From Carpediemonas membranifera BICM (lineage: Eukaryota > Protista > Fornicata), in assembly GCA_019828565.1 (NCBI GenBank), contig JAHDYR010000011.1, positions 1 through 64,000 on the forward strand: 64,000 nt of DNA. The letters are read 5' to 3'. The position numbers and the translations under genes were made by a program. Shown here one piece after another: positions 20,663 through 30,727 of this stretch; position 1 is the first letter of the stretch, and every line of letters starts with the position of its first letter. The notes beneath the pieces are model-generated. The model had not been told where the DNA came from, made no database searches, and saw only the letters and a program-made list of their open reading frames with translations.

Positions 20663-23600
20663 GCTAGCTCTCCTAGCCGCCAGCTAGCTGTCCTAGCCTC
20701 TAGACATACTTGCTCTACCCAACGGGGATATCCCACCGGCAACGAGCATAGTGGAATGGCTTGCAGGCACGCTTGCGAGCCCAAACCGACCGTCTCCTCG
20801 AGAGACCGCGTCAAAGAATGTCTGTTGTGGCTTACATCTGCCGTTGTAACGCGTGTCAGCCCCACCCTACCTAGCTCTCCCAGCCACTAGCTCCCGTCAG
20901 AGATTTAAAGTGGTGGTTGGAGAAGGATGGAGGCCAGGTGTCCCTGGACCCCCGGGTGTGTGCGGACCCCGTTGCCCATATATCTCAGCATGCTTTTCGT
21001 GGAGGCCCACGTCCCCATGGACAGGAGGACTTCGGTACTCGTGTGGGCTACCGCCAACTCCGTGGTGGCGCCCTTGCGGAATGAGTGCCACGAAATGTCG
21101 GTGCCGTACGCCTGGTGGATCCAGTGGCGAAGGGTTGACGCCGGTAGCGGCTTCGATAGTGAAATACCACCGGTTGAGGTGATCGCCCGCCAGATGAGGT
21201 CGTCGTCGCGGCGCGTTGCCGTGGGGACCCATGCCTTCAGGGCCCTTGCTGGGTTAAAGCGGGCCCACGATTGGTTTGGTACCAGCTTGCGGACGCCTGT
21301 GGCAGTCTTAGTTCTCGCGAACAGAAGGAGGGCATTGCCATCAGCGTCGAACTCGACGTCTCTTCGTCTGAGCCCAAAGATCTCTGCGCCTCTACTCACG
21401 GTGATAAAGCAGAGAGCAGAAAAGAGGGCGGCCTGGAAGGCTTGGGGTGACTTCCGATGTCTGTCTATGACCTTGCGGACTCTCGCGGACGTGACAGGCT
21501 TCGCACCCCCGGTCAGGCCTTCTACAGAGGCGACGTTCCGGGCGGCGGCGATTATCTGCTTGGCAGCGGTCGGGGGGCGCCAGTCAGACACGAGTGGGGC
21601 GGCCTCGCAAATCCAGTAGCCTTTCCTGTGTATCGACTGTGGGCCCGACGTGGTACCCTCGGTCAGAAGGAACTCTTTGAGCTGTTGCGCGTGTGAGTGG
21701 CTCGCGTTGCGGGATTGGAGGAATTTGGCGACCCAGCCCGCTGCTGTGCGGCGCGACGATTCGTTTCTGAAATGTGATAGTCGGTCGTCAGCGAGGAGGG
21801 CTTGGAACGGGTCCTCAGGATAAGCGCCACGAAGCGGATCTTGCCCTTGTCTGTCGCTGTCCAGGCTAGCTCGGACTGCAGGAGGTGTTTCGCCTGGACT
21901 CTGAGGTACAACTTGAGGGGTGTCAAACGTTTGATGGCTCGGACCTCGGGCGAGTTGAGGTCCGGGCACAGGACTATCGCCGCTGATCTCCAGTGTCGAG
22001 GGTTCCCAGTCTGGGTCGAGGCGCGTATTGTCTGGAGGCGACGACACGTCACTCCAAGAAGGGCTATAGGAGGAGCTATATAAATCCTGACTCCCCTCCA
22101 GTCCATCTGGAAGCCGTTGTCGTGGATTGACCAGGCTATTTCTGCAAAGCCTGGTAAGGCCAGAACCTTGTCGGGGCGTGCTGTGACGTCGATCTCGACC
22201 GGCCCCCACTTGCGCATGATGGTTTCCAAGACTTCTCGGGGTGACGACCAGTCGAGCTTGGCGAACCTGGAGAGCCTGTCCGCCTGGACATTCAGGTGTC
22301 CGGCAATATGGAAGCAGTGGACGTCGAGGCGCTTGGTTTCTGCCGTGTTGTAGATGTCCTGTAGGATCTGGTGTGCGGCTGGGGGAGGTTCGGCGATCCC
22401 CGTCTGTTTACCCAGCTGATGGCAGCTGAGTTGTCGGCAAAGACTGTGAGAGAGGAGCGTGACTCCTGCTGGGGCACGAGATTGATCGCCTGAGCGATCG
22501 CGAAGAGCTCCTTGACGCCAATGTGTTCCCCCTTGAGATGAGGGGGGGAAGGCACCCTGTGATGCCGCTCCCTTCTCCCCATTGAACAGGCATGCTCCCC
22601 AGCCGGACGTTGATGCGTCTGAGGTGACAGAAATCTGGAGCGTATCGCGTATTTCCCAGTCCGCTCTTGCTTCGGCGAACCTCTTGGGTGGGCGATCGCG
22701 GAGGAGGACTTGCCACGCCGCCAGCTGCCTGCGGATTTGGCTGGAGAGGTGGACGGTCTCCGTCGTAGGGGTGGCCTGCAGTGGTCTGAGTGCGAGGCGG
22801 GCGAACTGTGTGGTCCCTGCGAAGAATGACAGACGGCCTAGGAGCTTCTGCCAGTCTGAAGCTGTGATGGACCCGACCCGGAGGGCCTTGGAGATCGTGG
22901 CCGTGTAGGCCTCGGCCTTGTCTTTTGAGATTCTTAGGGACTCGCTTGCGGTGTCTATGTGGACACCTAGGTAGTCTACCTGCTAGGTCGGCGTGAGGAC
23001 GCACTTGTTGAGGCCCGGTATCGCCCCCAGCGATAGCATGAGGTCGATGATCTGCGGGGTGACCGAAGCTAGGTACGATGGGGAGGCATGGGACACTAAG
23101 AAGTCGTCGAGATAGACCGCGATGGTCACCCCGAACCTGTGTGCGATGATCTTTGCAAGCTGTATGGTCGTGCTCTGGAACACGTACGGCGCCGCTGTCC
23201 ATCCGAAGCCGAGTGTGTTGTACCTGAATGCGCGGCCGTCCGGTAGGACCACGCCTAGGAGGGGGGAGTCTCGCGAGGCGACGCCAAGTTGGTGGTATCC
23301 CGATGCTAGGTCTATCTTGATCATGTAGTCGTTCTTGTGCAGATTGCGGACCGCCCGTCTGATGCCGAACAGACGAAACACCCTCAGCTCTGCTGTCAAC
23401 TCGTTCAGGGCTCGGAGGTCGTGCACGGGGCGGACATCGTCTTTGCCCTTCGACACCGCGAACAGGGGTGCGCTGTGACGCAGTTCGTCTATCGGGCACG
23501 GGGAGAGGACGCCCTTGGCGACTAGCTCTTCGATCTTCGGGAGTAGGCGGGGGTCCACTCGCCTTTGCGGTTCTGGTGGAGGGGGCGCAGAGGTGAGGTG

Positions 23601-24386
23601 GATAGGGACGCCATCCCGCAGCCAGCTTACTACCTCGGGGGAGGCACCGAGTCTTGCCCACACCGGCCACTTTTTGTTCATTGACGGGAACTGAACATCT
23701 GTGGCAAGGGCTACTTCTTGTGCTTCTTGTGAAACCCCCCTTTGTTCTGGGGCTGGTCCTTTCTCTTACCCTTGGCTCTGGCTTTGGCTGCGCAGTAGGA
23801 GATGGCACGGGGGTTTTGGTCTGGGACGTGTTGAACAAGTCGAGAAACAGTTCGCAGGTTGCGTCCGACCAGTTGTCGTCCTTGAGGTCCAGAAGGGTAC
23901 GGCGTGCTTGGAGTTCCACCAGGAGTCTTGCTTTGAGCGGCTCGTCGTCGAGGGCGTTGACGATCACCATCACGCGGCGAAGCCACTTTGCTTCCGCCTT
24001 AAGTGGTCTCTTTGTCGGAAGCTCGCCGTATGCATCCATCTCTGCCAGTGTTTGGTCAATATCCGCTTCATCTTGTTCAGGGAAGAAATCAATTTGAGAT
24101 TCCTTCGGCGGCTCGGTCTCGGGCGGCGGAGGAGGCGGATTAAGCTTTGCAAGCTGTTGCGAGATGGTAGCGATTGAGGCTTCTAGGTTATTGAGCCTCG
24201 TTGCCGTCGGATCTGGATGTTCCGAATTTTCTACCATTCTGCCCGCATAAACTGCGCGGCTCGCCTGGTCGGCGCATCACCATGCCGGAGCGAGGCGATC
24301 TCATTGCCCTCCGCTCACGGCCCGTTACCCGAGGTAACCTGTCAGCGCGATGTAACGCCAGGCTAGCTATCCTAGCCTCATGACAT
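20663..24386 (-). mobile_element. Tyrosine-recombinase retrotransposon (DIRS/PAT-like) with short split direct repeats
   Basis: Gag-like ORF from 24237; RT (IDLASGYHQ, FGW, YLDD) with a premature stop at 22983; RNase H (SDAST, KEL, DNS); Dam-like methylase (IDVTA...DW...YIAPP); YR ORF. Repeats A1 24356-24386 / A2 20678-20707 and B1 20871-20885 / B2 20664-20678. Confidence 0.92.
20905..22209 (-). CDS. Tyrosine recombinase of the DIRS/PAT-like element (start uncertain)
   Basis: Catalytic motifs SRGAEI, RTKT, HSFRKG, GTW, RYMG. Confidence 0.9.
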   Translation of the reverse strand: MGAGRDRRHSTPRQGSGLTRLCRNSLVNPRQRLPDGLEGSQDLYSSSYSPSWSDVSSPPDNTRLDPDWEPSTLEISGDSPVPGPQLARGPSHQTFDTPQVVPQSPGETPPAVRASLDSDRQGQDPLRGAYPEDPFQALLADDRLSHFRNESSRRTAAGWVAKFLQSRNASHSHAQQLKEFLLTEGTTSGPQSIHRKGYWICEAAPLVSDWRPPTAAKQIIAAARNVASVEGLTGGAKPVTSARVRKVIDRHRKSPQAFQAALFSALCFITVSRGAEIFGLRRRDVEFDADGNALLLFARTKTATGVRKLVPNQSWARFNPARALKAWVPTATRRDDDLIWRAITSTGGISLSKPLPASTLRHWIHQAYGTDISWHSFRKGATTELAVAHTSTEVLLSMGTWASTKSMLRYMGNGVRTHPGVQGHLASILLQPPL

Positions 24387-24489
24387 TCTTTTCATTAACC
24401 GGGGGCGCTTAATTTACACAATGTTAACGAGGAAGCTAGTGTAAGTTAAACGTGAAGTCCTCTCCGCTTACCGAGGGAGAAGGAGTATA

Positions 24490-24670
24490 CCAGTCGTAAC
24501 TGGTACCGTGCCGTCGGATCCGGCGGATCCGAACCTTGCGCCATTCTGTCCGCATAAACTGCGTGACTCGCCTGACCGGCGAAACACCTTTTGCCCGGAG
24601 TGAGGCTATCGCATCGCCCTCCGCTCCGGGCCCGTTACCCGAGGTAACCTTACTGACGATGTAGCGCCAC
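24490..24670 (-). mobile_element. Diverged 5' leader and gag start fragment of a related YR retrotransposon
   Basis: 24541-24650 aligns with 24234-24340 (CCATTCTG.CCGCATAAACTGCG...GGCCCGTTACCCGAGGTAACCT). Confidence 0.8.
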
Positions 24671-25019
24671 CATATTTGCCATATTTCATGGCCAACTAAC
24701 ATGTGTTCTTAATCCAAAGGTGCTCACTCACTCCAGAAGCGTTCGGAAACCTTTTTTCATCATCTGATTAGGCATCGGGAGTGCGGCCACAAACTCAAGT
24801 GACGGAACGAATTCGGTTGGAGTACTCAGATAATAGGTCCAAAATCAACAATAACAGCTCCCAAAACGGCTTCGTTCAGGAGTTATGGCGAATTCTTTCA
24901 GAACGAGTCCTTCGTCGTTAGAACTTCGTGGATCATGGCATCAGCGGCTCTAGCCTGCTTCGATGAACGCAATTTTAGTAGTTGTATGTCTTTTCACGGC
25001 GAATCACTCGCCTCGTGGG

Positions 25020-25298
25020 CTATTGAAGTAGTCGCTCGGTGGTGCGACGAACAAAGGTTACATCTGTCCTTATCGCCTGTCCGATGTAAGCGCGGAGACT
25101 CCGGACCTCCCGCCATGTCCCCATGGCAAGAAGAGCCACAAGGGGTGTACCAGAGACTGCAAGCTCGGACGCAGCGCCCTTTCGAAAGGAGTGCCATCCT
25201 GACCCTCGACCAAAGACCTGCTGAACATCGCGGAGTAGTCCCGTGGCAGAGCGCTCGCGCTTCCTGCTGTACGCTCGGCTGCTAATCACCTCTCTCCA
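25020..25298 (-). pseudogene. C-terminal tyrosine recombinase fragment of a further YR element
   Basis: GWHSFRKGAASELAVSGTPLVALLAMGTW...RAYIG. Confidence 0.85.
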
Positions 25299-27091
25299 AA
25301 GACGGAACGTCTACTCCAGCTCGCGAGGTACCCAGCAATGCTGGACACCTTTGTCGCCTCCTCTCGCCGTCCCCCTAGGTCCGCCCCCAACCGGGCCCGC
25401 ACCCGCAGGAGCAAGCGTGCACTACTTCAAGCCAAGAGTGGCTACTTGGCAAGAGCAGTCAATACGCTCATGTGCCCTGAGCAGTCCAATTCGGACGAGG
25501 AGGTCGACCGCGAGTTGGCGGAGCTGCAAGCACACCCCTCCCCTGATGGCCTCGAGGCTTTCTCTTGGTCAGACGTGCCAGCGGCCCCGTTATCGTCTAT
25601 CACCATCTCCCGAAAGACCCTCAAGAAGAAAGCTCTTGGGTCCCTCCCCGCCGACAAGGCTCCCGGACCCACCGGCCTGAGCTTCCTCCACCTGAGGGTA
25701 GCCTACAAGATCATGCGCAAGGAGCTCGTCGCAGCTCTCTTGCCGATCGTGCAGGCGATCATCGATGGTGACAATAACTACGCAATCTTCAGCCACAGCA
25801 TCTTAGTACCCATCCCGAAGAAGAACGGCAAGCTCCGTCCGGTAGCAATGGGAGAAGCCCTGCGCCGCATCGCGGCCAAGGCTGCTGCCGAAACTGTCCT
25901 GCCGAAGCTCCGCGAGGAGGTCTTCGTTGACCAGTTTGGGTTGGGAGAGAGCTGTGGTCTGGAGCGCATGGTCGCCATCACCAGCCGTCACTTCGACGAC
26001 GGTGGTACGGTCCTATCCCTGGACCTGTCGAACGCGTACAATACCCTGAGCCGGGACTTCCTGCTGAGATGTGTCAGCACCTACTGTCCCGCCCTGGTTG
26101 ACTACGTGAAGGGGCAGTACTCTTCGTCGCTGCTCCTCTCCACGTCGGGAGTCGTCCTTCGTTCAGAGGAAGGGGTTCAGCAGGGTGACCCGCTGTCTCC
26201 GCTTGCTGCCTTCGTGTCCGCGACTAAGTTCTGTCCAATCTGTGCCCTGAAGTCAGTAACCAATGCGGCATCAGGCCAGTTGAACGTCGGAGCTGACCCC
26301 CGCCACGTGTTGGCCACCCCAGAGCATATGGTAACATGCAAATGCCTTCACGGAGGAGCCAAGACCACCGCCAGGCACGACACGATCGTCGAGAGTCTCT
26401 TCTCGGAGCTCTCAAACAACGGTGTCCCTGCCAGGAAGGAGTTCTGGCTCCGCCACTCCTCCCGTTACACGAAAGACCCCGACACAACGCACAGAGACGC
26501 CCGAGTTGACGTCTTCGCGTTCAACGACCGCGGCACGAACCCTACTGCCATCGATGTTGTGGTCTCGAACGAGTACCACGACACGGCTCGGAAGAAGCGT
26601 GAGCGGTACGCCCCGTGGAATGTTGATGTGATCCCGGCCGTAGTGTCCCTCGATGGGCGCTGCGGTAGGCGCTCAGAGATGGGCGGCCACGTGGTGACGG
26701 CAAACGGTTGGATGAAGGAGTTCACCGCTTTGATGAGCGGCAAGAACGCAACACGTGTTCATGAACGTGTTTTCGCAGCAATTTGGAGAGGAAACTGCCT
26801 CGTTGCCCGTGATTGGACTGAAGAAGCACGGCACGCGGTCGCTGTGCTTGCATCGCATGGCTACAACGCCTTTTGCGATGACTAATTGATATTGATTTCT
26901 TTTTCAGCGCTACTTTCCGTATTCGTTGCTTTCTAAGCGAAATTCCCGCATTCGGTGTCGAAGTGCCGAAAATCTGCAACGCGCACTTTTAGGCCCAACG
27001 CCTCGTATCGCCCCCACACCACCCCGAGCGTGCCCACGAGCGACCACGACGTCGAACGAGCCCTCCGTGTGCTTCTCCGTAACGCTGACCG
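25299..27091 (+). mobile_element. 5'-truncated, internally deleted copy of the tRNA-Leu-associated RLE element
   Basis: Near-identical to 31748-34491 except for a 951-bp in-frame deletion at a GCTT microhomology (26201-26204). Confidence 0.95.
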
Positions 27092-30000
27092 GAGCACCAC
27101 TCGAGCCCATTGGCACCCGGGGTGCTGAGACGCCCGAGAGGGCGCACGGAAACGTGCAGTTTATGGCATCAGAATTTCGAATGCCCGAAGGCACATCGGG
27201 CACGTCCGCAGAACCTCCTGTATCCCAGGAAGAGTTCCGAAAGTTTACCAACAACGTAACTGCCACATTGGAGTTCATGAAAACGAAGATGGAGAACATC
27301 GAGGAAAGATCCATCCAGAGGGAGGTAGAACAAGAAGAGTACGAGCTAGAAACCGATGAGCAAGCAACCCAGGGAACCTTCCAAGGCTTTCCGTCCTTCT
27401 TGTTCGATTTGGAGCTCCCCAAGAGGTACGGGCCCCGCGACGAAGCCAAGTTCCTACGCGAGATCATGCGTCTCCTGACGACCGCGGACCCGCACTCACT
27501 CGACGTGAACGATCTACTGCTCCGTCTCCTGAGCCGGTTCAAGGTCCTTCTCCTCAAGGACGACTACGACGACAACGTCTGTGACTACGCCACTGCAGCC
27601 CTGCGAGCCACGCCCCCGAAGTCTGAGATGGAGATCGAGACGATCCTCGCTAAGGCCAAGACTAAGGGCAAGCGTAAGCGTCGGAATTTTCAGGAGCAGG
27701 GCTCCAGCAGCGTCGGCCGCCGGGCCCGCTCCTAATATTCCCATCAACCCGTTCGCGATGGCGGGTGTGGGAACAATTCAGGGTAGCTCCAGCAGTAGTA
27801 GCGCGGGTACGAGACGGAATCCCCGTCGAGATCACAGCGCCTCCACCACCGGCAGCCCCACAGAGGACCATCGACCCGAGGATACTTCCGAAGCTCGAAT
27901 CAATGACACAACAAGGAATCATCGAGCCGACGCCCCTCAGTCAGCTCAAGCACAGCGCCCCGCTGTTTGCTGTCCCCAAGGGGGAAGACATAAGAGTGAT
28001 CCACGACCTGAGGCGGCTGAACACGGTCACACGCGAACGCCGCTCCTTCCGTCTGTTCGGCATACGTCGTGCCATCAACACACTCTCCAGCCAGGCCTGG
28101 ATGGCCAAGATAGACCTAAGATCCGGCTACTCACAGCTGGCCATCAGAGACTCGGACAAACCGCTCCTGGGCATCGCTCTGCCCGACGGTCGGGCGTTCC
28201 AATACCGCACGCTAGGCTTCGGTTGGACCGCCGCGCCTTATTTCTTCCAGTCCGCTATGGTCCAGGTAGCAAAGGTCATCGCCCTCCGCCACAAGGTAAT
28301 CGTCAACGTCTACCTCGACGACTTCTTACTGTCAGCCGACAGCAGAGACCACCTCAGCAAGGAAATACCCAAGATCATCAAGACGATGGAGGCACTGGGC
28401 CTCATCCCGTCGCTGGAGAAGTGCATCTTAACACCGTGCCAGTGCATAGAATTCCTTGGCCTGCTCCTGAACACCACGTCCAACACCATCCGTCTCCCCG
28501 CCGACAAGGCCAAGAGGTACGCAGAGGCCCTATCAGAAGCACTCGTCAAGAAGCGCATCCGCGCGAAAGACTGGGCGAAGATCGTAGGCAAGCTCTCCTT
28601 CTTCGCCACCTCTGCAAGACGGGCTACCCTGAAGCTCCGCACGCTCCCCTCTGCCACGGAGAACTGGGTCGACATCCACCCCTACACAGCAGACCTCAAG
28701 GAGTGGCTGCAGCTCCTGGCCGTCCGACCAACCCGCTCCTTCGCCGAGTTGAAGAACCTATGGTCTCAGGACCAGCAACTAGAGCTGATTATTTCCACAG
28801 ATGCGTCGGGCACAGGCTGGGGAGCCCAGTGGACCAACACGTCCGCGAACTCCCACGGTTCTTTCAAGGGCGCACTGGCGGAACAATCTATCAACGTGAA
28901 GGAGCTCGCCGCAGTCCTCTTTGGCTCACGCATCATACCAGCACAGGACTCAGAGCGCAATCTCACGGTCTTCTCAGACAACAGCTCGTGCGTCGCCTGG
29001 ATCAACAAGGAGGGCAGCTCAAAGGCCCCCCCGATGGCGCTACAGACACTCAGGATACTCTACAAGGAGATGGAACGCAAGAAGCTCCTCATACACGCTC
29101 GACACACCCCAGGCCACCTCAATCTCGCCGCAGACCGACTGTCACGCGGGTTGTCCACCCCACCCCACGTGCTGGAGACAATTCTCGAGACTTGGGGCCC
29201 CGTCGACGTGGACGCTACAGCACACCCAGACCGCACTCTACGCCTCCCAGGGTTTACCATCGAACACTGGCCGGACGGCCTGTTCAGGGACTGGCGCGGA
29301 CACCGCGTTTATGCCGCGCCACACCCGTCCCCGATGACCTTGGGACGGACATGGCAGACCCTCCTACCGATCTTAACGACCCCGACTACATCCCCTCCGA
29401 ACTCGTGGACCTCAGCATGCTTCCTCGTCGTGCCAGACATTACGAGCCCCGAACTCCAACAACTCAAGGCGCACGCGACATGCAAGATTCCCTTCTCAGT
29501 ACCGAAAGACGACTTCGCATCAGAGGACCAACAACTCCTAGACCGTCTCTCCAGGCCAAACGGGACCATCCGCTTCATAGCTCTCGCCTTCAGGACACGT
29601 TCTCCAGAATCCTGCAGCACCCAATACTGTCTCACATGCGCCGAGACGAGTCCAAGCGCTCAGTAGCCGGATGGATTACAGCATTCCTTGAGTACCGCGA
29701 CCCACACGAGGACGACACCGATGAGTACCGAGCCTTCCTGGAGGACGAGGCCGAGTATAATGCACCAGCCACGGTCGATCGAAAGGGATACTGGATCGAG
29801 AAGGCCGCCCCACTCTTTTCCGACTGGACCCCCAGCACCTACTGTCCACAAATCAGAAGAGGCATAGCAGACAACGCCAACACCACCGGCATGACAGGCG
29901 GGTCAGCCCCAGTCACAAGGGAGGACATGATCAGGGCCATCAAGTCCAGGAACAGCGACATCGCGACGTACCAAGCGACACTATTCGCCGCGATTGCTTA

Positions 30001-30681
30001 CCTGACCGTGAGCCGCGGAGCTGAAATCTTCAACCTGACGAGCGCTGACATCGTGTTCAAGACAAACGGGCCCAGCTGCTCCTTGGTCGCACAAAGACGC
30101 TTGCAAAGGTCACTAAGTCACTACCCAACACCCTACTAGGCCCATTCAACCCAGCGCTGGCCCTGAAGAGATGGGTACGAGGCTTGAACCTTCCACCGGA
30201 CGCCTGCATCTGGCGCGCGATCACATCCTCATCGAAGGTCAGCCGTAAGACCCCGTGCACAATGCGACGTATGCGAGAGGAGCTACGCACAGTCTTCCAC
30301 GACAACAGGATTGGCCTACACAGCTTCCGCAAGGGAGCGGCTTCCGAACTGGCACTAGCAGGCACACCGATAGAGACCTTACTCCAACTCGGAACCTGGG
30401 CTAACGGCAACTCTCTCCGGCCTTACATCGGGGAGGCTATCCGCAACCACCCTCGTCAAACCCGACAAACTGCAAACACCCTGTTCCCATTCTAACACCA
30501 TAAACCATCGCACCGGAGGCCGTCAAGGAGACGCCCGGTCCAGCCGAAAGCAGCAAGGAGCTGCTGGCACTTGAGGCAGGCATGGAGCCGCCATACTCCA
30601 CTGTAATTACTCTACTTACCTCAGATCTGCGGACGGTGTTCCCCTTTGGGAGTATGAGTTAGGTGGCTAGCCTAGTCTAGC
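27092..30681 (+). mobile_element. Tyrosine-recombinase retrotransposon (DIRS/PAT-like), second family
   Basis: ORF1 27163-27735; RT-RNase H-methylase ORF 27765-29666; YR ~29350-30495 with a frameshift near 30070 (SRGAEI, HSFRKG, GTW, PYIG). Removing it restores a junction identical to 34484-34520. Confidence 0.92.
27765..29666 (+). CDS. DIRS-type RT, RNase H and Dam-like methyltransferase domain polyprotein
   Basis: IDLRSGYSQ, LGFGW, YLDD, TDASGTGWG, KEL, SDN, LAADRLSR, then WGPVDVDATA...DWRGHRVYAAP. Confidence 0.9.
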   Translation: MWEQFRVAPAVVARVRDGIPVEITAPPPPAAPQRTIDPRILPKLESMTQQGIIEPTPLSQLKHSAPLFAVPKGEDIRVIHDLRRLNTVTRERRSFRLFGIRRAINTLSSQAWMAKIDLRSGYSQLAIRDSDKPLLGIALPDGRAFQYRTLGFGWTAAPYFFQSAMVQVAKVIALRHKVIVNVYLDDFLLSADSRDHLSKEIPKIIKTMEALGLIPSLEKCILTPCQCIEFLGLLLNTTSNTIRLPADKAKRYAEALSEALVKKRIRAKDWAKIVGKLSFFATSARRATLKLRTLPSATENWVDIHPYTADLKEWLQLLAVRPTRSFAELKNLWSQDQQLELIISTDASGTGWGAQWTNTSANSHGSFKGALAEQSINVKELAAVLFGSRIIPAQDSERNLTVFSDNSSCVAWINKEGSSKAPPMALQTLRILYKEMERKKLLIHARHTPGHLNLAADRLSRGLSTPPHVLETILETWGPVDVDATAHPDRTLRLPGFTIEHWPDGLFRDWRGHRVYAAPHPSPMTLGRTWQTLLPILTTPTTSPPNSWTSACFLVVPDITSPELQQLKAHATCKIPFSVPKDDFASEDQQLLDRLSRPNGTIRFIALAFRTRSPESCSTQYCLTCAETSPSAQ

Positions 30682-30710
30682 ATTCGTCAATAAACATATG
30701 TGCGAAGTGG
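30682..30710. repeat. 29-bp direct repeat (second copy 34492-34520) containing the last 12 nt of tRNA-Leu
   Basis: ATTCGTCAATAAACATATGTGCGAAGTGG flanks the intact RLE element on both sides. Confidence 0.95.
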
Positions 30711-30727
30711 ATTAACGGAACATCACG

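Noticed and set aside
22408-24237. 609-aa ORF as a real fusion
   Set aside because: Only the first ~180 aa resemble the gag-like ORF1 of the other YR element; the rest is off-frame over the RT.
27125-27156. Hammerhead ribozyme (CTGAGA...GAAA)
   Set aside because: The core lacks CUGANGA spacing and GAAA does not follow stem II directly.
27581-30139. 852-aa ORF as a single protein
   Set aside because: The N-terminal part is an alternative frame over the RT; only the portion from ~29350 is recognisable as tyrosine recombinase. Overlapping ORFs are normal in DIRS elements.
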